Below the pieces are notes generated by a model that worked only from the letters and a program-made list of their open reading frames with translations, searched no databases and was not told the origin of the DNA. From a virus (lineage: Duplodnaviria > Heunggongvirae > Uroviricota > Caudoviricetes), in the IMG/VR virus record IMGVR_UViG_2579779034_000011, positions 1-49,804 of that record: a stretch of 49,804 bases of DNA; one strand, 5' to 3'. Of the stretch, positions 17,358 through 27,670 are shown one piece after another (the first letter of the stretch is position 1; every line of letters begins with the position of its first letter). The position numbers were made by a program, and so were the translations under genes.

Positions 17358-18305
17358 ATGAGCAATACAGCAAAAATCTACGATTTCAGCGCCGCACACG
17401 AGCGCAGGAGCAACAGGATGGAGAACCAGAAAACTGGTTACATTCCGTTGTACCGGAGCATTCTGAAACAGTCATGGGCGAAAGATGTTTATCTTCGCAC
17501 CCTGTGGGAAAACCTTCTCCTGAATGCCGCCAGAAAGCCATACAAAGCGAATTTCAAAGGTCATGAATGGCATCTGCAACCCGGTCAACTGGTTGTGACA
17601 GCAGCTGATTTAGGTCTTCAGTTATGCGACAGGCATGGCAAGCCAGCAAGCCGTGATCAGGTTGAGCGGATGCTTCAGGTTTTTGTGAAAGAGGGGATGA
17701 TCTCCATTGATGGAGAGAAGCAAAAAGGTCGTGTGATCACCATCACAAATTACCATGAATACGCTCAAAAAATGGACAATTCACCCGCACATGAAGCCGC
17801 ACAAACAACCGCACATGATGCCGCACATGATGAAGCCAGTAATGGAGCGGCTTTCAGCGTACATGCCGCACATGAAAGCGCACATGAAGCCGCACAAACA
17901 ACCGCACATCATGAACAAGAAGGTATTAACAAGAATATAAATAATACCCCCCTACCCCCCAATGGGGGCGGCGATGGGCAGGTTAAACCTGAACGTCGCA
18001 AGGCAGAACGAATCGACTATGAATCCTTCCTGAACGCCTACAACACCGAAGTCGGTGACAGACTGCCACACGCTGTTGCGGTCAACGAGAAACGCAAACG
18101 CCGCCTGAAGAAAATCATCCCGCAACTGAAAACGCCAAACGTGGACGGTTTCAGAGCGTATGTCAGGGCGTTTGTGCATCAGGCCAAGCCGTTTTACTTC
18201 GGAGACAACGACACTGGCTGGACGGCAGATTTTGATTACCTGCTGAGGGAAGATTCGTTAACGGGAGTACGGGAAGGGAAGTTTGCAGACAGGGGGATTG
18301 CATGA
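17358..18305 (+). CDS. O: replication initiator, lambda O-like
   Basis: MSNTAKI N-terminus; C-terminal region ([65 protein letters not shown]) lambda O-like; ori iterons inside the gene. Confidence 0.85.
   Translation: MSNTAKIYDFSAAHERRSNRMENQKTGYIPLYRSILKQSWAKDVYLRTLWENLLLNAARKPYKANFKGHEWHLQPGQLVVTAADLGLQLCDRHGKPASRDQVERMLQVFVKEGMISIDGEKQKGRVITITNYHEYAQKMDNSPAHEAAQTTAHDAAHDEASNGAAFSVHAAHESAHEAAQTTAHHEQEGINKNINNTPLPPNGGGDGQVKPERRKAERIDYESFLNAYNTEVGDRLPHAVAVNEKRKRRLKKIIPQLKTPNVDGFRAYVRAFVHQAKPFYFGDNDTGWTADFDYLLREDSLTGVREGKFADRGIA
17785..17950. repeat. origin iterons inside the O-like gene plus adjacent AT-rich tract
   Basis: repeated CCGCACATGA(A/T)G units, then AAGAATATAAATAATA. Confidence 0.6.
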
Positions 18306-19678
18306 GACAGGATATCGAAGCGAGCGTTATCGGTGGCTTGCTGATTGGTGGATTAACACCAACCGCCAGCGACGTTCTGGCAACGCTGGAGCCGGAAGCG
18401 TTTTCAATTCCGCTCTACCGGAAAGCCTTCGAAGTTATCCGCAAGCAGGCGAGAAACAGAAACCTAATCGACGCGCTGATGGTTGCCGAGGCGTGCGGAG
18501 AGGAGCATTTCACGTCAATCCTGATGACCAGCAAAAACTGCCCGAGTGCCGCAAACCTGAAGGGATATGCCGGAATGGTCGCGGATAACTATCACCGCCG
18601 TCTGGTGCTGGAAATCATGGATGAAATGCGTGAACCAATTCAGAGCGGAACCATCGACGCATCGAGTCAGGCGATGGATGAACTTGTAAAGCGTCTTTCA
18701 GCCATCAGAAAGCCCCGTGACGAGGTTAAACCTGTACGGTTAGGGGAAATCATCACTGACTACACTGACACGCTTGACAGGCGTCTGAGGAACGGAGAAG
18801 AGTCAGATACCCTGAAGACCGGAATCGAAGAACTTGATGTCATCACCGGAGGGATGAACTCGGAAGACCTGGTGATTATCGCTGCTCGTCCGGGTATGGG
18901 GAAAACCGAGCTGGCGCTGAAGATTGCCGAAGGCGTTGCAAGCCGCGTTATTCCTGGTTCTGACGTCCGGCGCGGAGTGTTGATTTTCTCGATGGAAATG
19001 AGCGCATTGCAGATCGCAGAGCGAAGCATTGCCAACGCCGGGAGGATGTCGGTTAGCGTACTGCGAAATCCTGCATCGATGGATGACGAGGGCTGGGCAC
19101 GTGTTGCTAAAGGCATGAGTCAGCTTGCAGATTTGGATGTATGGGTAGTCGATGCCTCGCGGTTATCGGTCGAAGAAATTCGCTCAATCGCAGAACGGCA
19201 CAAACAGGAAAATCCAAACCTGTCACTCATCATGGCAGATTATCTTGGCCTGATTGAGAAGCCGAAAGCAGATCGCAACGACCTCGCAATTGCTCACATC
19301 TCCGGAAGCCTGAAGGCGATGGCGAAAGACCTGAAAACGCCAGTTATCTCCCTGAGTCAGCTTTCGCGCGATGTTGAGAAGCGACCAAACAAACGCCCGA
19401 CAAACGCAGATTTGCGTGATTCAGGAAGCATTGAACAGGACGCAGACTCAATCATCATGCTCTATCGGGAAGCGGTATATGACGAGAACAGTAGCGCCGC
19501 GCCATTTGCTGAAATCATTGTGACGAAAAACCGTTTTGGCTCGCTTGGTACGGTTTACCAGCGATTCTGCAACGGACACTTTGTTGCATGTGACCAGGAT
19601 GAAGCCAGACAGATTTGCACAGCATCAAATGCACCTGCTGCGCGTGGCAGACGATATGCACAAGGGGCTGACGTATGA
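18302..19678 (+). CDS. DnaB-family replicative helicase
   Basis: 458 aa; Walker [13 protein letters not shown]; overlaps the O stop (ATGA). Confidence 0.85.
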   Translation: MRQDIEASVIGGLLIGGLTPTASDVLATLEPEAFSIPLYRKAFEVIRKQARNRNLIDALMVAEACGEEHFTSILMTSKNCPSAANLKGYAGMVADNYHRRLVLEIMDEMREPIQSGTIDASSQAMDELVKRLSAIRKPRDEVKPVRLGEIITDYTDTLDRRLRNGEESDTLKTGIEELDVITGGMNSEDLVIIAARPGMGKTELALKIAEGVASRVIPGSDVRRGVLIFSMEMSALQIAERSIANAGRMSVSVLRNPASMDDEGWARVAKGMSQLADLDVWVVDASRLSVEEIRSIAERHKQENPNLSLIMADYLGLIEKPKADRNDLAIAHISGSLKAMAKDLKTPVISLSQLSRDVEKRPNKRPTNADLRDSGSIEQDADSIIMLYREAVYDENSSAAPFAEIIVTKNRFGSLGTVYQRFCNGHFVACDQDEARQICTASNAPAARGRRYAQGADV

Positions 19679-19750
19679 CCATCTACATCACCGAGCTAAT
19701 AACAGGCCTGCTGGTAATCGCAGGTCTTTTTATTTGGGGGAGAGGGAAGT

Positions 19751-20077
19751 GTGGCTGACTGGCAAATTCCAATCATCATTCTTGCCGGAGCTTCGCTGGT
19801 TGCTGGCTTTATCCTGCTGAAAAAGCATAAAGACCGTGATCAAAAAGTCGAAGTTCTCTATGGGTATCCAGCGAACAGCACAACATGGCTGACCATTTAC
19901 CACTACCGAAAATCAGGCCGCTGGGTATTCGAATGGGATGATCTGTTCGCTGAAAAGCGACCAAAGTCATGGGGAGACATCAGCGAATGCATGATGTTTG
20001 AAGAAAGAAAATCCGGCGCAACCCGAGAAGAGTTTAACGAAGCGTGGAGGCGATTAAGTGAGAGAGGGTATCAATGA
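19751..20077 (+). CDS. hypothetical membrane-anchored protein (GTG start)
   Basis: N-terminal hydrophobic helix IPIIILAGASLVAGFILL; GAGGGAAG RBS. Confidence 0.45.
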   Translation: MADWQIPIIILAGASLVAGFILLKKHKDRDQKVEVLYGYPANSTTWLTIYHYRKSGRWVFEWDDLFAEKRPKSWGDISECMMFEERKSGATREEFNEAWRRLSERGYQ

Positions 20078-20310
20078 GCAGAATTAAATCTGGTTATCCA
20101 GGGAATGGGGAATACCCGAAGCCATATTTACCTGTAACAGTGACCACTCAATCTAGGCATCCACATCATTTCAAGCAAAGTGGTACAGCTTATTGGAGTG
20201 GCAAGCGGTGGATAGGTATTGATGGGTTCAAAATTGGGTATGCAAAGGTAATTAAATGGGAATTTAACATCGCACACTGGAGTTCATCCCATGAGGAAAC
20301 TAACGTTTGA
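20074..20310 (+). CDS. hypothetical protein
   Basis: 78 aa; ATGA overlap with the upstream ORF. Confidence 0.45.
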   Translation: MSRIKSGYPGNGEYPKPYLPVTVTTQSRHPHHFKQSGTAYWSGKRWIGIDGFKIGYAKVIKWEFNIAHWSSSHEETNV

Positions 20311-20731
20311 ACTAAGAAGCCCCATCCATCAGCAGAACGCCATTCAAGCCATCCAGCAAATCCTTCCAGACCCAACCAAACCAATCGTAGTAACCATTCA
20401 GGAGCGCAACCGCAGCTTAGACCAGAATCGAAAGCTTTGGGCTTGCCTTGGTGACGTTTCTCGTCAGGTTGAATGGCATGGTCGCTGGCTGGATGCAGAA
20501 AGCTGGAAGTGTGTGTTTACCGCAGCCTTAAAGCAGCAGGACGTTGTTCCTAACCTTGCCGGGAATGGCTTTGTGGTAATAGGCCAGTCAACCAGCAGGA
20601 TGCGGGTAGGCGAATTTGCGGAGCTATTAGAGCTTATACAGGCATTCGGTACAGAACGTGGCGTTAAGTGGTCAGACGAAGCGCGACTGGCTCTGGAGTG
20701 GAAAGCGCGATGGGGAGACCGGGCAGCATGA
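20291..20731 (+). CDS. ninB: NinB recombination protein
   Basis: near-identical to lambda NinB as recalled ([11 protein letters not shown] ... KARWGDRAA). Confidence 0.9.
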   Translation: MRKLTFELRSPIHQQNAIQAIQQILPDPTKPIVVTIQERNRSLDQNRKLWACLGDVSRQVEWHGRWLDAESWKCVFTAALKQQDVVPNLAGNGFVVIGQSTSRMRVGEFAELLELIQAFGTERGVKWSDEARLALEWKARWGDRAA

Positions 20732-20901
20732 TGCGATGTTATCGGTGCGGTGAATGCAAAGAAGATAACCGCTTCCGACCAAATCAACCTTACTGGAATC
20801 GATGGTGTCTCCGGTGTGAAAGAACACCAACAGGGGTGTTACCACTACCGCAGGAAAAGGAGGACGTGTGGCGAGACAGCGACGAAGTATCACCGACATA
20901 A
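20728..20901 (+). CDS. NinD-like zinc-ribbon protein
   Basis: 57 aa; CYRCGEC ... CLRC cysteine pairs; ATGA overlap with ninB. Confidence 0.5.
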
Positions 20902-21050
20902 TCTGCGAAAACTGCAAATACCTTCCAACGAAACGCTCCAGAAATAAACGCAAGCCAATCCCAAAAGAATCTGACGTAAAAACCTTCAATTACACGGCTC
21001 ACCTGTGGGATATCCGGTGGCTAAGACATCGTGCGAGGAAAACAAGGTGA
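20868..21050 (+). CDS. ninE: NinE
   Basis: [53 protein letters not shown] matches lambda NinE. Confidence 0.85.
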
Positions 21051-21217
21051 TTGACCCAAATCGAAGTTACGAACAACAAAGCGTCGAGCGGGCATTAACG
21101 TGCGCTAACTGCGGTCAGAAGCTGCATGTGCTGGAAGTTCACGTGTGCTCCGATTGCTGCGCAGAACTGATGAGCGATCCGAATAGCTCAATGTGCGAGG
21201 AAGAAGACGATGAATGA
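21047..21217 (+). CDS. ninF: NinF (GTG start)
   Basis: [23 protein letters not shown] ... [11 protein letters not shown] matches lambda NinF. Confidence 0.7.
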   Translation: MIDPNRSYEQQSVERALTCANCGQKLHVLEVHVCSDCCAELMSDPNSSMCEEEDDE

Positions 21218-21932
21218 GTTAATAAATGGCAATGCCATCAAAATGACAAGCATTGAAATCGCTGAGTTGGTTGGTAAGCGTCATGACAATGTGAAACGTA
21301 CCATCGAAACGCTGGCTAAAAATGGTGTTATCCGGCTTCCTCAAATTGAGGATTGTGGAAGAATCAATGGGTTAGGATTAAATCAAAGTTTTTGTGTGTA
21401 TGTATTCGAAGGCGAACAAGGAAAGCGAGACAGTATTGTCGTTGTTGCCCAGTTGTCGCCAGAGTTCACCGCTCGCCTTGTTGACCGCTGGCGAGAGCTT
21501 GAAGAAGCTGCGGTTAATATCCCCAAAACGCTACCGGAAGCGTTGCGCCTTGCTGCTGATCTTGCTGAGCAGAAAATGCAACTGGAAAACCAGCTCGCAA
21601 TTGCCGCACCTAAAGTTGAGTTTGCCGATCGCGTTGGCGAGGCCAGTGGAATTTTGATTGGAAACTTTGCAAAGGTTGTTGGAATTGGTCCAAACAAACT
21701 GTTTGCGTGGATGCGCGATCACAAAATCCTTATTGCTTCAGGTTCCCGGCGCAATGTGCCAATGCAGGAATATATGGATCGCGGCTATTTCACAGTGAAA
21801 GAAACAGCGTTCAACACAAATCACGGAATACAGATATCGTTCACCACAAAAATCACCGGGCGTGGTCAACAGTGGCTGACCAGAAAGCTGCTCGATAACG
21901 GAATGCTGAAAGTAACCGGGGAGGCTGCTTAA
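21210..21932 (+). CDS. antirepressor-like protein (Rha-type N-terminal region, KilA-C-like C-terminal region)
   Basis: 240 aa in the nin region; domain call from recalled family features only. Confidence 0.55.
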   Translation: MNELINGNAIKMTSIEIAELVGKRHDNVKRTIETLAKNGVIRLPQIEDCGRINGLGLNQSFCVYVFEGEQGKRDSIVVVAQLSPEFTARLVDRWRELEEAAVNIPKTLPEALRLAADLAEQKMQLENQLAIAAPKVEFADRVGEASGILIGNFAKVVGIGPNKLFAWMRDHKILIASGSRRNVPMQEYMDRGYFTVKETAFNTNHGIQISFTTKITGRGQQWLTRKLLDNGMLKVTGEAA

Positions 21933-22222
21933 TGGCTAACCTACGCAAAGAAGCACGCGGCAGAGAATGCCAGGTACGTATTTACGGCGTATGCAATGGC
22001 AATCCTGGAACTACAGTTCTGGCACATTACCGGATGGCTGGAATTTGCGGAACGGGAATGAAGCCTGACGACCTGATCGGCGCATGGGCTTGTAGCGCGT
22101 GTCACGATGAAATCGACCGACGCACCCATAATCTCGACAACAAAGACGCCAGACTTTACCACCTCGAAGGCGTGATCAGGACGCAGGCGATACTGCTGAA
22201 GGAGGGGAAGATTAAGTCATGA
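21932..22222 (+). CDS. DUF1364-like nin-region protein
   Basis: 96 aa; Cys/His-rich (CQVRIYGVCNG ... CSACHDE); sits where ybcO sits in DLP12-type nin regions. Confidence 0.5.
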   Translation: MANLRKEARGRECQVRIYGVCNGNPGTTVLAHYRMAGICGTGMKPDDLIGAWACSACHDEIDRRTHNLDNKDARLYHLEGVIRTQAILLKEGKIKS

Positions 22223-22581
22223 ACGAATATCAGTTTGTGCTTCCATACCCGCCGTCGGTGAATACCTACTGGCGAAGACGGGGAAGCCAATACTACATCA
22301 GCGATAAAGGCCAGAAATACCGAAAAGACGTTCAGCAAATCATCCGCCAACTTAAGTTAGACATTTTCACCAAATCACGACTCCGCATCAAAGTCATCGC
22401 AGACGTTCCAGACTCCCGCCGCCGCGACCTCGACAACATCCTGAAAGGTTTACTCGACTCCCTTATCCACGCCGGATTTGCGGAAGACGACGAGCAATTC
22501 GATGACATTCGCGTAATTCGTGGTGTGAAAGTACCAGGCGGACGGCTTGGAATAAAAATCACCGAACTGGAGAACGCATGA
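22219..22581 (+). CDS. rusA: RusA Holliday junction resolvase
   Basis: 120 aa; PDSRRRDLDN and GGRLGIKITEL resemble RusA. Confidence 0.85.
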   Translation: MNEYQFVLPYPPSVNTYWRRRGSQYYISDKGQKYRKDVQQIIRQLKLDIFTKSRLRIKVIADVPDSRRRDLDNILKGLLDSLIHAGFAEDDEQFDDIRVIRGVKVPGGRLGIKITELENA

Positions 22582-22766
22582 ACGCCACAATTCAAACGAT
22601 ACCAGAGCTTCTTATCCAGACACGAGGCAATCAGACCGAAGTGGCGAGGATGCTTTCCTGCGCAAGAGGAACAGTGCTCAAGTACAACCGAGACAGCAAA
22701 GGCGAGCGTCACGTAATAGTTAACGGCGTCCTGATGGTCAAACAGGGCAAGAGGGGAAGACCATGA
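22578..22766 (+). CDS. ninH: NinH-like DNA-binding protein
   Basis: GNQTEVARML.C.RGTV.KY matches lambda NinH. Confidence 0.7.
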   Translation: MNATIQTIPELLIQTRGNQTEVARMLSCARGTVLKYNRDSKGERHVIVNGVLMVKQGKRGRP

Positions 22767-23386
22767 GACTCGAAAGCGTAGCTAAATTTCATTCGCCAAA
22801 AAGCCCGATGATGAGCGACTCACCACGGGCTACGGCTTCTGACTCTCTTTCCGTTACTGATGTGATGGCTGCTATGGGGATGGCACAATCACAGGCCGGA
22901 TTCGGAATGGCTGCATTCTGTGGTAAGCACGAACTCAGCCAGAACGACAAACAAAAGGCTATCAACTATCTGATGCAATTTGCACACAAGGTATCGGGGA
23001 AATACCGTGGTGTGGCAAAGCTCGAAGGAAATACTAAGGCAAAGGTACTGCAAGTGCTCGCAACATTCGCTTATGCGGATTATTGCCGTAGTGCCGCGAC
23101 GCCGGGCGCAAGATGCAGAGATTGCCACGGTACAGGCCGTGCGGTTGATATAGCCAAAACGGAGCAGTGGGGGAGAGTTGTTGAGAAAGAGTGCGGAAGA
23201 TGCAAAGGTGTCGGCTATTCAAGAATGCCAGCAAGCGCCGCATATCGCGCTGTAACGATGCTAATCCCAAACCTTACCCAACCCACCTGGTCACGCACTG
23301 TTAAGCCGCTGTATGACGCTCTGGTGGTGCAATGCCACAAAGAAGAGTCAATCGCAGACAACATTTTGAATGCGGTCACACGTTAG
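22763..23386 (+). CDS. Q: late antiterminator Q
   Basis: 207 aa, essentially identical to lambda Q as recalled. Confidence 0.95.
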   Translation: MRLESVAKFHSPKSPMMSDSPRATASDSLSVTDVMAAMGMAQSQAGFGMAAFCGKHELSQNDKQKAINYLMQFAHKVSGKYRGVAKLEGNTKAKVLQVLATFAYADYCRSAATPGARCRDCHGTGRAVDIAKTEQWGRVVEKECGRCKGVGYSRMPASAAYRAVTMLIPNLTQPTWSRTVKPLYDALVVQCHKEESIADNILNAVTR

Positions 23387-23428
23387 CAGCATGATTGCCA
23401 CGGATGGCAACATATTAACGGCATGATA

Positions 23429-23457
23429 TTGACTTTTTGAATAAAGTTGGGTAAATT
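23429..23457 (+). promoter_or_regulatory. late promoter pR' (-35 TTGACT, 17-bp spacer, -10 TAAATT)
   Basis: sequence TTGACTTTTTGAATAAAGTTGGGTAAATT matches the lambda pR' region. Confidence 0.75.
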
Positions 23458-23657
23458 TGACCCAAGAATGGCAGATTTATATCCGTTCACATTCTTTCAG
23501 CTTTTACCCACCTCATCTTTAAGTTCTAAGCGCACTGACATGCGCATCATAAACTCGAGAGCACATAGGAATAGAGCCTGAGAAATATCGCTTTTGGCGA
23601 CTTCTCTCGTGGTGATATTTCTATGTCAGCAGGCTCTAATATCTATGTGGTTCGCCT

Positions 23658-24149
23658 ATGTTAAAACGTGAAGATGCATTGAGACTTTTTAATTACAATC
23701 CAGATACTGGAATTCTTACATGGAAGAATCCACCTCGGTCCTCTAGATTTATCTATGGCGCTGTTGTTGGCTATAAAACAAATGGATATCTGCAGGTAAA
23801 ACTTTATGGAATGCGGCTATATGTCCATAGAATTGCATGGCTGATGGTTTACAATGATTGGCCAACCGATGTGATTGACCATATTAATGGTGATAGGTCT
23901 GATAACCGGATAGCCAATCTTCGTGTTGTTACTAACACTCAAAACTCATGGAACAGCAAGATGAGGAAAAACAATTCATCTGGTGTGAAGGGAGTGACTT
24001 TTAATTCTGCTGCAAACAAGTGGGTTGGAAGAATTAGAGTCAATGGTAAAAGGATTCATGTAGGGTGTTTTGACGATATCGAGGAGGCTAGAAAGGCAAT
24101 GGAAAATGCCAGGATAAAATATCATGGTGAATTCTCCAGTATGGGATAG
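23658..24149 (+). CDS. HNH homing endonuclease with AP2-like DNA-binding domain
   Basis: VIDHINGDRSDNRIANLR HNH motif; C-terminal GVKGVTFNSAANKWVGRI AP2-like; absent from lambda at this position. Confidence 0.8.
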   Translation: MLKREDALRLFNYNPDTGILTWKNPPRSSRFIYGAVVGYKTNGYLQVKLYGMRLYVHRIAWLMVYNDWPTDVIDHINGDRSDNRIANLRVVTNTQNSWNSKMRKNNSSGVKGVTFNSAANKWVGRIRVNGKRIHVGCFDDIEEARKAMENARIKYHGEFSSMG

Positions 24150-24282
24150 ATGGGTTAATTCGCTCGTTGTGGTAGTGAGATAAAAAGAGGCGGCGCTTAC
24201 TACCGATTCCGCCTAGTTGGTCACTTCGACGTATCGTCTGGAACTCCAACCATTGCAGGCTGAGAGGTCTGCAAAATGCAAT

Positions 24283-24340
24283 CCCGAAACCGTTGTGCAG
24301 GCTCTAACTATTACCTGCGAACTGTTTCGGGATTTTTTCT
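24283..24340 (+). terminator. tR'-like terminator ending the lambda 6S-RNA-like leader
   Basis: CCCGAAAC ... GTTTCGGG stem followed by ATTTTTTCTTT. Confidence 0.7.
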
Positions 24341-24342
24341 TT

Positions 24343-24417
24343 GGGTCAGTCGTATAAAGGTCATTACGGAAGGCTGTTAACCTTCTTATCGTGGTTCGAG
24401 TCCACGCTGTCCCGCCA
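24343..24417 (+). tRNA. tRNA-Asn-like (anticodon GUU), possibly degenerate
   Basis: hand-folded cloverleaf: perfect anticodon stem GAAGG/CCTTC with loop CTGTTAA, perfect T arm CGTGG-TTCGAGT-CCACG, 3' CCA; one mismatch each in acceptor and D stems. Confidence 0.55.
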
Positions 24418-24422
24418 AATAT

Positions 24423-24498
24423 GCTGGTTTAGCTCCAATGGTAGAGCAGTCGCCTTGTAAGCGAATGGGTAGCGGTTCAAGTCCGTTAACCAGCACCA
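24423..24498 (+). tRNA. tRNA-Thr (anticodon UGU)
   Basis: hand-folded cloverleaf: 7-bp acceptor GCTGGTT/AACCAGC, D stem GCTC/GAGC, anticodon loop CTTGTAA, T loop TTCAAGT, 3' ACCA. Confidence 0.7.
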
Positions 24499-24740
24499 TA
24501 ACTGAGCCGTAGCCACTGACTATCCTGAATTCATCAGTGATAGTTACGCTGCGGCCTTCTACACATGACCTTCGTGAAAGCGGGTGGCATGAGGTTGCGC
24601 TAACAACCTCATGCCGTTTTGCCCGTGCATATCGGTCACGAACAAATCTGATTACTAAACACAGTAGCCTGGATTTGTTCTATCAGTAATCGACCTTATT
24701 CCTAATTAAATAGAGCAAATCCCCTTATTGGGGGTAAGAC

Positions 24741-25064
24741 ATGAAGATGCCAGAAAAACATGACCTGTTAGCCGCCATTCTCGGGGCAAAGGAACAAGGC
24801 ATCGGGGCAATCCTTGCGTTTGCAATGGCGTACCTTCGCGGCAGATATAATGGCGGTGCGTTTACAAAAACAGTAATCGACGCAACGATGTGCGCCATTA
24901 TCGCCTGGTTCATTCGTGACCTTCTCGACTTCGCCGGACTAAGTAGCAATCTCGCTTATATAACGAGCGTGTTTATCGGCTACATCGGTACTGACTCGAT
25001 TGGTTCGCTTATCAAACGCTTCGCTGCTAAAAAAGCCGGAGTAGAAGATGGTGGAAATCAATAA
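24741..25064 (+). CDS. S: holin S (dual-start MKM motif)
   Basis: 107 aa, essentially identical to lambda S. Confidence 0.95.
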   Translation: MKMPEKHDLLAAILGAKEQGIGAILAFAMAYLRGRYNGGAFTKTVIDATMCAIIAWFIRDLLDFAGLSSNLAYITSVFIGYIGTDSIGSLIKRFAAKKAGVEDGGNQ

Positions 25065-25524
25065 TCAACGTAAGGCGTTCCTCGATATGCTGGCGTGGTC
25101 GGAGGGAACTGATAACGGACGTCAGAAAACCAGAAATCATGGTTATGACGTCATTGTTGGCGGAGAGCTATTCACTGATTACTCCGATCACCCTCGCAAA
25201 CTTGTCACGCTAAACCCAAAACTCAAATCAACAGCCGCCGGACGCTACCAGCTTCTTTCCCGTTGGTGGGATGCCTACCGCAAGCAGCTTGGCCTGAAAG
25301 ACTTCTCTCCGAAAAGCCAGGACGCTGTGGCACTGCAACAGATTAAAGAGCGTGGCGCTTTACCGATGATTGACCGCGGTGATATTCGTCAGGCAATCGA
25401 CCGTTGCAGCAATATCTGGGCTTCACTGCCGGGCGCTGGTTATGGTCAGTTCGAGCATAAGACTGACAGCCTGATTGCAAAATTCAAAGAAGCAGGCGGA
25501 ACGGTCAGAGAGATTGAGGTATGA
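25048..25524 (+). CDS. R: endolysin R (lytic transglycosylase)
   Basis: 158 aa, essentially identical to lambda R. Confidence 0.95.
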   Translation: MVEINNQRKAFLDMLAWSEGTDNGRQKTRNHGYDVIVGGELFTDYSDHPRKLVTLNPKLKSTAAGRYQLLSRWWDAYRKQLGLKDFSPKSQDAVALQQIKERGALPMIDRGDIRQAIDRCSNIWASLPGAGYGQFEHKTDSLIAKFKEAGGTVREIEV

Positions 25525-25958
25525 GCAGAGTAACCGCGATTATCTCCGCTCTGGTTATCTGCATCATCGTCTGTCTGTCATGAGCTGTTAATCATTACCG
25601 TGATAACGCCATGACCTACAAAGAGCAGCGCGATAAAGCCACATCCATCATCGCTGATATGCAGAAGCGTCAACGTGATGTAGCAGAACTCGACGCCAGA
25701 TACACAAAGGAGCTTGCTGATGCTAACGCGACTATCGAAAGCCTCCGTGCTGATGTTTCTGCTGGTCGTAAGCGCCTGCAAGTCGCCGCCACCTGTGCAA
25801 AGTCAACGACCGGAGCCAGCAGCATGGGCGATGGAGAAAGCCCAAGACTTACAGCAGATGCTGAACTCAATTATTACCGTCTCCGAAGTGGAATCGACAA
25901 GATAACCGCGCAGGTTAACTACCTGCAGGAATACATCAGGACGCAATGCCTGAAATAA
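25521..25958 (+). pseudogene. Rz: Rz spanin gene interrupted by an in-frame TGA at codon 21
   Basis: [20 protein letters not shown] then TGA where lambda has TGG (Trp); the reading frame continues with Rz-like sequence to 25958. Confidence 0.7.
25714..25905 (+). CDS. Rz1: Rz1 outer-membrane lipoprotein spanin (embedded in the +1 frame of Rz)
   Basis: signal peptide with lipobox LVVSAC; proline-rich mature part. Confidence 0.75.
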   Translation: MLMLTRLSKASVLMFLLVVSACKSPPPVQSQRPEPAAWAMEKAQDLQQMLNSIITVSEVESTR

Positions 25959-26161
25959 TTTTTTTGCAAATCACAAAGTCCATTTAATGAGCCTCGCGAT
26001 GCGGGGCTTTTTTATGTCCGCAGTAAACGCGCATCTCACGCGCATATTACATCACCCGAGCCTTTCAGAAAGTTGAGCCTGAGAACTGCCGTATATGGTG
26101 GCGACCATCTCGGGGCGGCTTTTCTGTGAGACAGGCTCACTTTCTAAAAGGTAAAGACGCT

Positions 26162-26680
26162 ATGAATCATCAATTGGCTAATCTCGATTTCCGGGACATG
26201 GTGGTTGTTTCTGGTGATCGCGTGATCACAACCTCCCGCAAGGTAGCAGCTTACTTCGACAAGCAGCATCACCACATCATTCAGAAAATCGAAAAGCTAG
26301 ACTGTTCGGATGAATTTCTAACCAGCAACTTTTCGCGGGTTACCTATGAACACAAGGGTAATCAGTATGTTGAATATGAAATTTCCAAAGACGGCGCGAT
26401 GTACATCATCATGTCGTTTACCGGCAAAAAAGCTGCCGCCATCAAAGAGGCGTTTATCAAAGCATTTAATTGGATGCGTGACAGGCTGATGGAGATGGCT
26501 CACTCATACCAAAGAGAGCACAACGAGTTAATGCTGGAGTTCATGAAGGAAAAGGATGTTGCCAGTATGTCAGGACGCTTGCTGAACCGCTGGGGCAGGA
26601 TCAAAAAACCGCAACTCATAGCAAGAATCGAAAGGCTTGAGCAGCAGGCGCAAATATCGATCCCCGGACTGCCAAAGTGA
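26162..26680 (+). CDS. Rha-family phage regulatory protein
   Basis: start at MNHQLANL; N-terminal DFRDMVVVSGDRVITTSRKVAAYFDKQHHHIIQKIEKL matches the Rha N-terminal domain as recalled. Confidence 0.6.
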   Translation: MNHQLANLDFRDMVVVSGDRVITTSRKVAAYFDKQHHHIIQKIEKLDCSDEFLTSNFSRVTYEHKGNQYVEYEISKDGAMYIIMSFTGKKAAAIKEAFIKAFNWMRDRLMEMAHSYQREHNELMLEFMKEKDVASMSGRLLNRWGRIKKPQLIARIERLEQQAQISIPGLPK

Positions 26681-26964
26681 CCATTCCAAAGCCCATCTAC
26701 GGGTGGGCTTGATAATGAAACCGTGATTTACATCCCCACAATCCGGGTATGTAAAAGATAGTTCAGGCGAGAACGGATTTAACTAAATCTGTGCACCACC
26801 AGTTAACGGCAGTACAGCGAAACAACCCAAGCCAGTAAGTGGGGAAATAACACTGGCAGCCACTGAAAGATGAACCTCCTGCCTTATGGCAAAAAAGATT
26901 CTTTGTGGTGGCGGACTGATGGAAAGACATCCTAATCAAGCAACCACTCCACAGGGTCATAATT

Positions 26965-27321
26965 ATGAACGACCAGCAAATCGAAAAAGAAATCGTTGAG
27001 AAAGGCAAAACCGCTCCGCGAGTTACGCCTCAATATATCGAAAGCATCATTCTTGAAGAGCATTTCTTTACTGCTTATGACGGCATTCGTGCTGCCAATA
27101 TGGGCGTTGGCGATTCATGGACAGCGCATAAATCTACAGACCTCCTGACTTTCTGCGTACTGGTGCTGAAGAATGGCTTCACCGTCACCGGCGAAAGCGC
27201 CTGCGCCAGCCCGGAAAACTTCGACCCGGAGATCGGTCGCAAGATCGCCCGCGAAAATGCGGTGAATAAAATCTGGATGCTGGAAGGTTACTTGCTGAAG
27301 CAGAAGTTAAGCGAACAGTAG
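26965..27321 (+). CDS. hypothetical protein
   Basis: 118-aa ORF between the lysis and packaging genes. Confidence 0.5.
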   Translation: MNDQQIEKEIVEKGKTAPRVTPQYIESIILEEHFFTAYDGIRAANMGVGDSWTAHKSTDLLTFCVLVLKNGFTVTGESACASPENFDPEIGRKIARENAVNKIWMLEGYLLKQKLSEQ

Positions 27322-27424
27322 TTATTACAAAAGCCATTCCCTACAGAGTGGCTTTGATAATGGCTTATACCCTACACGGGATAACTTAACTGATATCCCT
27401 TTTAACGGATAAACGGAGCCAACA

Positions 27425-27667
27425 ATGGCAGAGATTATTCCCATGACTGAAGAACAGAAATTCCAGTTAGAGATTTACAAGCTGGTCATGAACCAGAACG
27501 CAGCCGCAGAGGAAGCATTTCAGTTCATTGGCACTGACGAACTGAAGCTTGAGCTATTCAAAATTCACTTCCAGTCAGGCGGCGCTAATTCGGATATCAC
27601 GATCCGCACATTCGAAGCAGTGCGTAAATCGAAGGAAGCGTTAGACCTGTTCACTACCGGAGTGTAA
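27425..27667 (+). CDS. hypothetical protein
   Basis: 80-aa ORF; AGGA-type RBS. Confidence 0.5.
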   Translation: MAEIIPMTEEQKFQLEIYKLVMNQNAAAEEAFQFIGTDELKLELFKIHFQSGGANSDITIRTFEAVRKSKEALDLFTTGV

Positions 27668-27670
27668 GAG

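Noticed and set aside
17755-17940. His/Met-rich 61-aa ORF and tandem repeats inside the O gene
   Set aside because: It is an alternative frame of the iteron region within the O-like gene; the repetition comes from the ori iterons, not from a separate gene.
24150-24282. Possible third tRNA or structured RNA gene upstream of the tRNA pair
   Set aside because: The sequence matches the lambda 6S-RNA/late leader (GGCGGCGCTTACTACCGATTCCGCC ...) and does not fold as a cloverleaf.
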